Assembly: GCA_905480125.1 (NCBI GenBank)
Contig: CAJQPE010000044.1
Location: forward strand, 1,569-65,568
Length of the DNA: 64,000 nt
Direction of reading: 5' to 3'
Source: an uncultured Flavobacteriales bacterium
GTDB lineage: Bacteria; Bacteroidota; Bacteroidia; Flavobacteriales_G; NORP312
The number at the start of each line of letters is the position of its first letter. Positions within the stretch are counted from its first letter, which is position 1. Below are positions 1 through 8,784 of this stretch, one piece after another. Below the pieces are notes generated by a model that was given only the letters and a program-made list of their open reading frames with translations, was not told the DNA's origin and made no database searches. The translations under genes were made by a program, and so were the position numbers.

Positions 1-1
1 G

Positions 2-91
2 GCCTGTGACATATACAAAACAAGACGCATGAATAAACAGTTATTAGCTAACAGTTTAGATAATCCAAAAGCTGCACCGGAAGAAGTCTAA
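2..91 (+). CDS. 3' end of an unidentified CDS that starts upstream of the window
   Basis: Frame 2 is open from the window edge to TAA at 89-91 (...ACDIYKTRRMNKQLLANSLDNPKAAPEEV*). It is too short to identify. The slot upstream of DUF177-rpmF is often pdxA in Bacteroidota, but that is only a guess. Confidence 0.3.
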   Translation, partial: ACDIYKTRRMNKQLLANSLDNPKAAPEEV

Positions 92-126
92 ATATTTGTT
101 TTTGTAGACAACTTTATTTTATACCT

Positions 127-648
127 TTGCGCCCCTTAAAAAGGTCGATTTTGAAGTATTTGAAGCAATTTGTAATCCCATTTTCTGGTTTACCGGAAGG
201 GGAACATTGGTTTGATTTTAAGATTGAAAAAGAGTTCTTTGATTGTTTCAAGAATAACGATGTTCTTGAAGCAGACGTTGTTCTTAAAGTTCAATTCATA
301 AAGCGGTCAGCAATGCTTGAACTCCAATTTGGCTTTTCAGGAAGTGTAAAAATCGAATGTGATCGTTGTCTTGGCCCAGTTGATTTACCTCTAGAGTGCG
401 AAGAAAAAATATTCGTTAAATTTGGGAATGAAACTTATGATGAAGCGGCAGAAGTTTTAGTAGTTCCCTTTGGAGAATCTGATATTGACATAAGTTCAAT
501 AGCATACGAAATCATATACGTTGCATTTCCAATGAAAAGAGCACATCCCGATAATGATTGTGAAGAAGGCGTTGAAGAATACATTAGTATTGAAGAAGAA
601 AAAGAAGATAAAATTGACCCTAGGTGGGAGCAGTTAAAGAATTTATAA
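127..648 (+). CDS. yceD: DUF177/YceD-family protein, the conserved partner of rpmF
   Basis: 173-aa ORF directly upstream of rpmF. It has the ECDRCLGPVD cysteine motif and an acidic C-terminus typical of YceD/DUF177. The TTG start at 127 is uncertain; alternative TTGs lie at 151 and 160. Confidence 0.75.
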   Translation: MRPLKRSILKYLKQFVIPFSGLPEGEHWFDFKIEKEFFDCFKNNDVLEADVVLKVQFIKRSAMLELQFGFSGSVKIECDRCLGPVDLPLECEEKIFVKFGNETYDEAAEVLVVPFGESDIDISSIAYEIIYVAFPMKRAHPDNDCEEGVEEYISIEEEKEDKIDPRWEQLKNL

Positions 649-695
649 TAACGTGAAGTTATAATCTAGAAAAGACTTCAAAAACAATAAGTAAA

Positions 696-881
696 ATGGC
701 ACATCCAAAGAGAAAAATCTCGAAACAAAGAAGAGATAAAAGGAGAACACATTACAAGGCAGTTGCGCCAACTGTATCAACATGTTCTAATTGTGAAGCA
801 CCAGTTTTGTTTCATAGAGTTTGTAGTGAGTGTGGACATTACAGAGGAAAACTTGCTGTAGAGAAAGAAGCACTAGTTTAA
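696..881 (+). CDS. rpmF: 50S ribosomal protein L32
   Basis: 61 aa. N-terminus MAHPKRKISKQRRDKRRTHYK and a CxxC...CxxC zinc ribbon (CSNCEAP...CSECGHY). Confidence 0.95.
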   Translation: MAHPKRKISKQRRDKRRTHYKAVAPTVSTCSNCEAPVLFHRVCSECGHYRGKLAVEKEALV

Positions 882-919
882 GCCTGTTTCCAAAACACCA
901 TACATTGAACGTGGAAAAC

Positions 920-948
920 GAAGCTAATAGAAATACGCTATTAGCTTT
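920..948 (+). other. Stem-loop downstream of rpmF (possible processing or termination element)
   Basis: Perfect 10-bp stem AAGCTAATAG (921-930) / CTATTAGCTT (938-947) with a 7-nt loop. No following U-tract, so it is not a canonical intrinsic terminator. Confidence 0.5.
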
Positions 949-963
949 CAGTTCGAAGTTCAA

Positions 964-988
964 TAGCGACCATTTTTTAGCGACCATT
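964..988 (+). repeat. Tandem direct repeat TAGCGACCATT x2 in the rpmF-fabH spacer
   Basis: Identical 11-mers at 964-974 and 978-988, in a 14-nt register, about 130 nt upstream of the fabH ATG. Confidence 0.6.
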
Positions 989-1118
989 GAAAACTTAACG
1001 ATTGTTGTTTTCAACCATTATTGGCTTCATGTGCACGCAACAAAAAATATGCTTATACTTGCGCTTAATGGTGCTCAAAAATGAACAGTATACGAACAAC
1101 AAGTAAGTACAAGCATAA

Positions 1119-2114
1119 ATGAGTCGAACAACAGCCGCAATTACCGCAGTTAATGGATATGTTCCAGATTATGTGCTCACCAACGAAATTCTCTCTACTA
1201 TGGTGGACACTTCAGATGAGTGGATTACATCGCGTACGGGGATTAAAGAACGTAGAATATTAAAAGGAGAGGGAAAAGGCGCTTCTCATATGGCGGTACC
1301 AGCCGTTGAAGGGCTTCTAAAAAAAAGAGGCATTAAAGCAGAAGAAATCGACTTGTTAATTTGTGCTACGGTTACACCAGACATGGTCTTTCCGGCCACT
1401 GCTAACATAATTTGTGATAAGATTGGAGCTATTAATGCATTTGGATACGATTTAATGGCTGCTTGTTCTGGATTTATTTTTGCGTTGGTTACTGCATCTA
1501 AATTTATTGAATCAGGCTCCCATAAAAAAGTGGTAGTTGTTGGTGTAGATAAAATGTCTTCTATAATAGATTATGATGATAGAGCGACTTGCATCATTTT
1601 TGGAGACGGAGCTGGTGCAGTTCTTCTAGAGCCAAATGAAGAAGGAAATGGGATTATGGACTCTGTTCTTAAAAGCGATGGTTCCGGAGCACGTTATTTA
1701 TGGCAAAAGGCAGGTGGTTCGGCTTATCCACCAACCCATGAATCTATTGATGCCAAGGAGCATTTTGTAAACCAAGAAGGAAAACAAGTATTTAAGTTTG
1801 CAGTCACAAATATGGCAGATGTTTCAGCGCAAATAATGCGCAGAAACAATCTTTCTTCTGACGATATAGCATACCTAGTTCCCCATCAAGCGAACTTAAG
1901 AATAATTAATGCAACAGCAGAAAGGATGGGAATTAGTGATGATAAAGTAACAATTAATATCCAGAAATACGGAAACACAACCAGCGGGACTATTCCGCTA
2001 TGTTTTTGGGAATGGGAAGATAAATTCAAGAAAGGTGATAATATTGTTATCTCAGCATTTGGAGGGGGCTTTACTTGGGGCTCAATTTATTTACGTTGGG
2101 CATACGATTCCTAG
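1119..2114 (+). CDS. fabH: 3-oxoacyl-ACP synthase III
   Basis: 331 aa with the FabH catalytic triad contexts AACSGF, VPHQANLRII and YGNTTSGTIP. Confidence 0.95.
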   Translation: MSRTTAAITAVNGYVPDYVLTNEILSTMVDTSDEWITSRTGIKERRILKGEGKGASHMAVPAVEGLLKKRGIKAEEIDLLICATVTPDMVFPATANIICDKIGAINAFGYDLMAACSGFIFALVTASKFIESGSHKKVVVVGVDKMSSIIDYDDRATCIIFGDGAGAVLLEPNEEGNGIMDSVLKSDGSGARYLWQKAGGSAYPPTHESIDAKEHFVNQEGKQVFKFAVTNMADVSAQIMRRNNLSSDDIAYLVPHQANLRIINATAERMGISDDKVTINIQKYGNTTSGTIPLCFWEWEDKFKKGDNIVISAFGGGFTWGSIYLRWAYDS

Positions 2115-2164
2115 TCTTTTTTGTCAAAAGTTTTATATTTACCGCAGAATAAAAATCAGAAATT

Positions 2165-2656
2165 ATGGATTTAGAAGAAATTCAATCACTTATAAAATTT
2201 GTTGCGAAATCAGGAGCGACAGAAGTTGAGTTGGAAACTGGAGATTTTAAGATTACGATTAAAACTCCAAATAAAAAGAAAAATGGTGAACCAGATACGA
2301 TAATTCAGCAAGTCCCAGTTGGGATACCACCTTTACCGGTGGCTCCTGCCCCGGTGGCTCCTGCATCAGTGGCTCCTGCATCAGTGGCTCCTGCACCAGC
2401 GGAAGCTGATTCAAAGTATATCACTGTAAAGTCGCCAATGATTGGCACTTTCTATAGAAAAGCCAACCCGGAGTCTGACGTATTTGTGAACGTTGGTGAT
2501 GATATTGCAGAAGGAAAAGTGGTTTGTGTTATCGAAGCAATGAAACTTTTTAACGAGATTGAAGCAGAGTTCTCTGGTAAAATTGTTAAGGTATTAGTAG
2601 ATGATGCTACGCCTGTGGAGTACGATCAACCTTTATTCTTAGTTGACCCTTCTTAA
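2165..2656 (+). CDS. accB: Acetyl-CoA carboxylase biotin carboxyl carrier protein
   Basis: 163 aa. Pro/Ala linker followed by a biotinyl domain with EAMKL (biotinyl-lysine). Sits directly upstream of accC. Confidence 0.93.
   Translation: MDLEEIQSLIKFVAKSGATEVELETGDFKITIKTPNKKKNGEPDTIIQQVPVGIPPLPVAPAPVAPASVAPASVAPAPAEADSKYITVKSPMIGTFYRKANPESDVFVNVGDDIAEGKVVCVIEAMKLFNEIEAEFSGKIVKVLVDDATPVEYDQPLFLVDPS
2336..2395 (+). repeat. 4 x 15-nt tandem repeat inside accB (P/A linker)
   Basis: Units CCGGTGGCTCCTGCC / CCGGTGGCTCCTGCA / TCAGTGGCTCCTGCA / TCAGTGGCTCCTGCA encode PVAPA-PVAPA-SVAPA-SVAPA. Confidence 0.9.
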
Positions 2657-2729
2657 TCTTTGTTACTTACGTGATGCATAGGCGCAGCCTAGTTAACAAT
2701 AATTAATTGACGTCTTTAACCTTATTTTT

Positions 2730-4094
2730 ATGGCAAAGAAAAAAGTAACTATTTTCAAAAAAATATTAATTGCTAATCGCGGTGAAATTGCCTTGCGTAT
2801 TATTCGCACCTGTAAAGAAATGGGGATTAAAACTGTGGCAATATATTCCACCGCTGATGCTGAAAGCTTGCATGTAAGGTTTGCAGATGAGGCAGTTTGT
2901 ATTGGGCCTGCTCCGAGTAATGATTCATACTTAGACATTGCTAGAGTAATCTCTGCAGCTGAGATTACTAATTCAGATGCAATTCACCCGGGATATGGAT
3001 TCCTATCGGAGAGTGCTAAATTCTCTAAGATATGTGAGGAACACGGTATCAAATTTATTGGAGCTTCTCCTGAAATGATTGACGGTATGGGAGACAAAGC
3101 GTCTGCCAAAGCGACTATGTTAGCAGCAGGGGTCCCATGTGTGCCTGGTTTTGAGGGCTTGATTGAAAATGCTGGTCATGCGATTAAGATGGCTGCAGAA
3201 GTTAAGTATCCCGTAATGATAAAAGCCACTGCTGGTGGTGGAGGTAAAGGAATGCGTATTTGTTGGGACGATGAAAATTTGAAGGTAAATTTAAAATCTG
3301 CTATGCAAGAAGCGAAAGCTGCATTTGGAAATGATGGTATGTACATGGAGAAATTCATACAAGAGCCACGTCATATTGAAATTCAAATTGCAGGTGATAA
3401 ATACGGTAACGCATGCCACATGAGTGAAAGGGATTGTTCTATTCAAAGACGGCATCAAAAATTAGTCGAAGAAACTCCATCTCCCTTTATGACTCCCAAA
3501 TTGAGGAAGAGAATGGGAGATGCTGCTGTAAAAGCAGCAAAGGCAGTTAAATATGAAGGTGTTGGAACAGTTGAGTTTTTGGTTGATAAAAATCGTGATT
3601 TTTATTTTATGGAAATGAATACTCGAATTCAGGTTGAACACACGATAACTGAAGAGGTAATAAATTTTGATCTGGTAAAGGAGCAGATCAAATTGGCTGC
3701 TGGAATAGAAATAACAGGGCAAGGTTATGAACCTAAGCTGCATGCAATTCAGTGTAGAATTAATGCCGAAGATCCGCAGCATGATTTTAGACCAAGCCCA
3801 GGAAAGATTACCAACTATCACGCGCCTGGTGGTCATGGTATTAGAATAGACACTCATGTTTATGCAGGTTATACTATTCCGCCTAATTACGATTCAATGA
3901 TTTCTAAGCTTATCACGGTTGCTCAGACAAGAGAGGAGGCCATTACTAAGATGGAAAGAGCTTTAGATGAGTACATAATCGAGGGGATCAAAACTACTAT
4001 TCCCTTTCATCAACAATTAATGCAAGATTCTAAATTTAGAGAAGGTGATTTTACAACTAAATTTATGGATGACTTTGAAATTAAGAAGTATTAA
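2730..4094 (+). CDS. accC: Acetyl-CoA carboxylase biotin carboxylase subunit
   Basis: 454 aa. [12 protein letters not shown]-terminus, ATP-grasp glycine loop [18 protein letters not shown]. Confidence 0.97.
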   Translation: MAKKKVTIFKKILIANRGEIALRIIRTCKEMGIKTVAIYSTADAESLHVRFADEAVCIGPAPSNDSYLDIARVISAAEITNSDAIHPGYGFLSESAKFSKICEEHGIKFIGASPEMIDGMGDKASAKATMLAAGVPCVPGFEGLIENAGHAIKMAAEVKYPVMIKATAGGGGKGMRICWDDENLKVNLKSAMQEAKAAFGNDGMYMEKFIQEPRHIEIQIAGDKYGNACHMSERDCSIQRRHQKLVEETPSPFMTPKLRKRMGDAAVKAAKAVKYEGVGTVEFLVDKNRDFYFMEMNTRIQVEHTITEEVINFDLVKEQIKLAAGIEITGQGYEPKLHAIQCRINAEDPQHDFRPSPGKITNYHAPGGHGIRIDTHVYAGYTIPPNYDSMISKLITVAQTREEAITKMERALDEYIIEGIKTTIPFHQQLMQDSKFREGDFTTKFMDDFEIKKY

Positions 4095-4223
4095 ACTACT
4101 TATTACTATTATCGTGAAGACTTTGTGGGTAAAAATATTCCAGTGAAACCCGCTTAATCAGATAAAGACCAGTTTAATTATTTATTGAACTAGAGTAAAT
4201 TTAGTGACCAAGATAATATTGAA

Positions 4224-6161
4224 TCAAGCACTTGCTTTCTCTGAAGCTTTTACTTTTTTACCAATCATTTTTTGAGTGCACTCAACAATTGCAACATCAT
4301 CATATTCGCATTCTCTGTATAGTTCTTCTTGAGAGCCATGCTCAACTATACTATCCGGCATACCAAGCATTTTCACTTGTGCTGAATAACCATTAATAGC
4401 CATAAATTCTAATACAGCACTTCCTGCGCCTCCTACAATACATCCATCCTCAACAGTTATAATTTTGTCAAACTTTCCGAAAACCTCATGAAGCATAACT
4501 TCATCCAGTGGTTTAACGAACCGGAGATCATAATGAGCTGCATTTATTCCTTTAGATTCAAGTTGCTCGCAAGCTTTGATGGCGTACTTTCCGATATGCC
4601 CAATGGTGAGTATTGCTATATCAGAACCTGTTCTGATTTTCTGACCCTTACCAATTTTCACTTTTTTCATTGGCGTTTTCCACTCTGTCATAACACCCTG
4701 CCCTCTAGGATATCGAATAACAAACGGAGCTCCATTATCTTTATGTTGAGCAGTATACATAAGATTTCGTAATTCAGCTTCGTTTAGAGGAGCAGAAACA
4801 ACCAAATTAGGAATACAGCGCATATAGGCCAAATCATAAGCCCCATGGTGCGTAGGGCCATCGGCCCCTGCAATTCCGCCTCTATCTAAACAAAACACAA
4901 CGTGTAGATTTTGCATCGCTACATCGTGAATCACCTGGTCGTATGCCCGTTGCATAAATGAAGAGTATATGTTACAAAAAGGAATCAACCCTTGTGTTGC
5001 CAATCCTGCAGAAAAGGTTACAGCATGCTGCTCTGCAATTCCCACATCTATAGCTCTGTCAGGCATTGCATTCATCATAATATTAAGGGAACATCCTGAA
5101 GGCATGGCAGGGGTTATTCCCATTATTTTTTTATTCTTCTCCGCAAGTTCTACAATTGTATGTCCGAACACATCCTGATATTTTGGAGGCTGTGGATTTT
5201 TTGGAACTACTTTAATAATTTCACCAGTTTCTTTATTAAACAATCCCGGGGCATGCCATTTCGTTGGAGAGCCATCTTCTGCAGGTTGATATCCTTTCCC
5301 CTTTTTTGTGAGAACATGAAGAATCTTAGGTCCAGGAATATCTTTTAAATCTCGAAGGATTTTACTTAAGTGATTTACATCATGCCCATCAACTGGCCCG
5401 AAATATCTAAAGTTAAGCGATTCGAATAAATTGCTTTGTTGAAGTAAAGAAGATTTAACAGCCCCCTCAACTTTAGATGCAATTTCTTGCGCGTTAGAGC
5501 CAAACTTACTGAACTTACCCAATAAATTCCAGACCTCATCTTTTACTTTATTATAGGTGTGCGAAGTAGTAATGTCAGTTAAATAGTCTCTTAGTGCGCC
5601 AACATTTGGATCTATCGACATGCAGTTATCATTGAGAATAACTAGAAGATTTGCATCGGTAACGCCTGCGTGGTTTAAACCTTCAAAAGCTAAACCAGCG
5701 GTCATTGACCCATCCCCAATAACTGCAATGTGTTGTTTGTCTTCTCCTTTGTATTGGCTTGCAACAGCCATTCCTAGAGCTGCAGAAATTGATGTAGACG
5801 AATGACCAACTCCCATTGTGTCGTATTCGCTTTCTTTCCTTTTAGGGAATCCACTGAGGCCTTTATAAATTCTATTAGTGTGGAAAATCTTTCTCCGTCC
5901 GGTGAGAATTTTGTGCCCGTACGCTTGGTGGCCAACATCCCATACCAATTGATCATGTGGAGTGTTAAAAACATAATGCAGGGCAACTGTCAACTCAACA
6001 ACGCCAAGACTAGCCCCAAAATGACCACCTTTTTGTGAAACAACATCAACAATGAAGTCACGTAATTCATCACATACTTGTGTCAACTGAATATCTTTCA
6101 GCTTCCGTAGGTCTTCAGGAATATTAATCTTTTGAAGAAGTTCGCCTGTTGTTGCTTCCAT
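4224..6161 (-). CDS. dxs: 1-deoxy-D-xylulose-5-phosphate synthase
   Basis: 645 aa. GGHFGASLG, the TPP-binding GDGSMTAG...NDN motif, and transketolase-like pyrimidine-binding and C-terminal domains. Confidence 0.97.
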   Translation of the reverse strand: MEATTGELLQKINIPEDLRKLKDIQLTQVCDELRDFIVDVVSQKGGHFGASLGVVELTVALHYVFNTPHDQLVWDVGHQAYGHKILTGRRKIFHTNRIYKGLSGFPKRKESEYDTMGVGHSSTSISAALGMAVASQYKGEDKQHIAVIGDGSMTAGLAFEGLNHAGVTDANLLVILNDNCMSIDPNVGALRDYLTDITTSHTYNKVKDEVWNLLGKFSKFGSNAQEIASKVEGAVKSSLLQQSNLFESLNFRYFGPVDGHDVNHLSKILRDLKDIPGPKILHVLTKKGKGYQPAEDGSPTKWHAPGLFNKETGEIIKVVPKNPQPPKYQDVFGHTIVELAEKNKKIMGITPAMPSGCSLNIMMNAMPDRAIDVGIAEQHAVTFSAGLATQGLIPFCNIYSSFMQRAYDQVIHDVAMQNLHVVFCLDRGGIAGADGPTHHGAYDLAYMRCIPNLVVSAPLNEAELRNLMYTAQHKDNGAPFVIRYPRGQGVMTEWKTPMKKVKIGKGQKIRTGSDIAILTIGHIGKYAIKACEQLESKGINAAHYDLRFVKPLDEVMLHEVFGKFDKIITVEDGCIVGGAGSAVLEFMAINGYSAQVKMLGMPDSIVEHGSQEELYRECEYDDVAIVECTQKMIGKKVKASEKASA

Positions 6162-6297
6162 CTCGAAATAAAATTAAGTTAAGCAAAGATATCAAACAAA
6201 AAGTAGTCATAACCGCTTCAATAGACTAATTTTTAAATTGCCTCTAATTTCTGTGTTAAACAACCAGAAAAAAAGGAAAGTTTAAGTGCGAAAGAAC

Positions 6298-7236
6298 TTA
6301 GCTTAATACGCCAGTATCACTAGCGCCTTCAGCAATATATTTCGATTTTACTTTTAGTATTTCGTAAACACTTTCTCTTATTCCATCAGACATTGCTCCG
6401 GTAGGTAAGCTATTTGCCTCTTCCCCAAACGGGTCTTCAATTTCTTCCGAAATTACCTCGATGCCCATCATCGCAAACGCCATTACCATTACCGCCGGAA
6501 TGGTTAAATACTCAAATTTTGGAACTAAGCCGAAAGGCAGAATGAAAATATAAATAAGAATGAACAGCTTGATAAACGTGCTGTGAGAGAATGGTATTGG
6601 TGTTTTCTTTATTCGTTCGCAGACACCCAAAACATCTATAAACCCTTGTAAAATAGTTCGAACTTGTATTTTGTCGAATTCGGTCATCATACCAGATTCT
6701 GAAATTTCTTTTACTTTTAAATGCATGTTAGAGGCAATAGCGTTGGGGAGATGCTTTATTTTTTGATAGTCCTCTGCCGTTTTAGCATTTGTAAAAATCA
6801 TGCTGTCTTGGGCACGACCATTCTTATTTCTCAGATGCCATCTCAGAGCAATGGCGAAATTTGAGATGTGAATTACAAAAAACTTCCGCAATCGTCTATC
6901 TTCCATAGGGATGTGCGTATGAAGGTGAAGCGCCAGAGTTCTAGAATCATTTATTAGTTTTCCCCAAGCTTTTCGACCTTCCCACCAACGGTCGTAAGCG
7001 CTGTTTAGCCTAAAGACTAAAAACATGGATAAAACAAAACCAAGCATCGAGAAGAACATCGAGTCCATAGTTAGTTTCCCATTGAGCCAATGCATGTTGA
7101 AAATAGTGATTAAAGTGGCGTAAACAGTTACAATTCCAACAAATTTTAACAGTTGCTGTTGGTTATAACTCTCCTTAAACGTTTTTCCAATCGTCTTAAA
7201 CAGTACTCCCCACTCTTTCGATTCATATATAATCAT
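6298..7236 (-). CDS. Bestrophin/YneE (UPF0187) family anion channel-like membrane protein
   Basis: 312 aa. N-terminal TM helices followed by the AYDRWWEGRKAWG motif characteristic of bacterial bestrophin homologues. Confidence 0.7.
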   Translation of the reverse strand: MIIYESKEWGVLFKTIGKTFKESYNQQQLLKFVGIVTVYATLITIFNMHWLNGKLTMDSMFFSMLGFVLSMFLVFRLNSAYDRWWEGRKAWGKLINDSRTLALHLHTHIPMEDRRLRKFFVIHISNFAIALRWHLRNKNGRAQDSMIFTNAKTAEDYQKIKHLPNAIASNMHLKVKEISESGMMTEFDKIQVRTILQGFIDVLGVCERIKKTPIPFSHSTFIKLFILIYIFILPFGLVPKFEYLTIPAVMVMAFAMMGIEVISEEIEDPFGEEANSLPTGAMSDGIRESVYEILKVKSKYIAEGASDTGVLS

Positions 7237-7320
7237 GACTTAATTCTTTTTTGAAAGAATTTCAAAAGTAGGTTATTGTTACTCTAGACACAAAACTGTG
7301 ATATTATAATCTTATTAAAA

Positions 7321-7794
7321 TTAGAAAAGCTTTGCTGAATTATTTTCTTCATATTGTTCGTCAACTAGAAGATTTTCACTCTCAGCGCCTTCTACAGCAA
7401 GCGAATCTACGCGCTCATTTAACACATTCCCCGCATGCCCTTTTACCCAGGTAAATTTCACATTTTGTTTTGGATAAATTTTTAAAAATCGCTGCCAAAG
7501 GTCAACATTTTTTTTGCCTTTAAATCCTTTTTTCTGCCAACCGAAAACCCATTTTTTTTCTACGGAATCAATCACATATTTTGAATCTGAAAAAATCATT
7601 ACGTTATTATTTGGTTGTTTTATCATCTCTAAAGCGACTATTACAGCCAGAAGTTCCATTCGGTTATTGGTAGTTAACCGATAACCGACAGAAATATCTT
7701 TTCGGTATTCCCCTGACATTATTACTATTCCATAACCCCCTTTTCCGGGGTTTCCCTTTGCAGAGCCATCTGTGTATACGATGATATCAGCCAT
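7321..7794 (-). CDS. rnhA: Ribonuclease HI
   Basis: 157 aa. YTDGS, NNRMELLA, SDSKYV and GHAGNVLNERVDSLA (DEDD catalytic contexts). The start overlaps the upstream M23 stop in TAATG. Confidence 0.93.
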   Translation of the reverse strand: MADIIVYTDGSAKGNPGKGGYGIVIMSGEYRKDISVGYRLTTNNRMELLAVIVALEMIKQPNNNVMIFSDSKYVIDSVEKKWVFGWQKKGFKGKKNVDLWQRFLKIYPKQNVKFTWVKGHAGNVLNERVDSLAVEGAESENLLVDEQYEENNSAKLF

Positions 7795-8663
7795 TAAAAG
7801 ACAATGAAATCTTGAGGATCGACCGGGGTTCCATTATGCCATAACTCTAGATGTAAATGAGGCCCAGAAGATAGCTCACCAGATTCTCCGATTATGGCGA
7901 TTGCCTCACCGGCTTTAACTTTATCTCCAACCTTTTTAAATAGAACCGAGTTGTGTTTGTATATTGATATAAGGTTGTTTTCATGCTGTACTTGAATAAC
8001 ATGACCTGTTTCTGAAGTCCATGTGGCGAGAGTAACAGTGCCATTTAGGGTAGATTTAATTGCTTCGTTTTCCGGAGCAATAATGTCAACTCCAAAATGC
8101 TGTTCTTTTAGACTAAAAGACGAAGAAACAATCCCTTTGAGGGGTGTAAAAAAAAACATTTTTGAAATAGAGGAGGTGGCACCCCCATCACTATTAAAAT
8201 GCAAATTATATTGATCTTCGGACTCAATTCTTTGTCTTAATAATGAGTCTTGTTTTGATGGTCTATTTTCAATGTCGTTAATTGAAATCGGCTCTCCGGA
8301 TTGGGAAACAGAATCCTTGGCGACAGGGCCACGGCCCTGCAGGATTGCCCGAATATTTTCAGCATACTGCAACTCCATTCTTGCTTTTTCTTGCAGTGAG
8401 TCTGCTCTAATTAAAGCATACGTAGCCATTTGTTTCGTTTGAACGTCCGCATAACCCGGAATAACCTCTCGAACAGGAGTAAATGCTATTAAGATAGATG
8501 TAATAAATACAACGACAAGGACAATGATGCTTCCCCAGGTATAAACATTCAGGGGCGATAATATCATTGAGAACTTTACCTCAAATGTGTCATCATTCAT
8601 TACAACCAAGCGAAACTTGTTTCGCAGGCTTTTAATGATTTTTTTCTCTTTTGGTTTTTGCAA
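7794..8663 (-). CDS. M23/LytM family metallopeptidase, membrane anchored, catalytic motifs intact
   Basis: 289 aa. N-terminal TM segment. HFGVDI (HxxxD) and GPHLHLE (HxH) are both present. Confidence 0.88.
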   Translation of the reverse strand: MQKPKEKKIIKSLRNKFRLVVMNDDTFEVKFSMILSPLNVYTWGSIIVLVVVFITSILIAFTPVREVIPGYADVQTKQMATYALIRADSLQEKARMELQYAENIRAILQGRGPVAKDSVSQSGEPISINDIENRPSKQDSLLRQRIESEDQYNLHFNSDGGATSSISKMFFFTPLKGIVSSSFSLKEQHFGVDIIAPENEAIKSTLNGTVTLATWTSETGHVIQVQHENNLISIYKHNSVLFKKVGDKVKAGEAIAIIGESGELSSGPHLHLELWHNGTPVDPQDFIVF

Positions 8664-8784
8664 TGTGCCAGTATTGAATTAGTGCAAATATCACAATAAT
8701 CTTAAAGATGTATGAATACTAATACCCTCTTCTAAAAAATAAAATAATTTTGCTTTTTGAGCGTTTCGAGAGATTGTAGTAATA

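Noticed and set aside
787-1084. ORFs 830..1084 (+) and 787..1014 (-) in the rpmF-fabH spacer.
   Set aside because: They overlap each other and the rpmF 3' end, and have no recognisable domain. The region is better explained by the hairpin and direct repeats reported as a finding.
3462-3857. Long antisense ORFs inside well-supported genes, for example 3462..3857 in accC, 37610..38002 in pyk, 60641..61084 in the RND permease and 13972..14175 in atpE.
   Set aside because: They lie fully within strongly conserved CDSs on the opposite strand. Their translations are low-complexity or biased (Ile/Phe/Ser/Asn-rich, or the Ala/Pro mirror of Gly/Ala codons). They lack recognisable motifs and are typical shadow ORFs.
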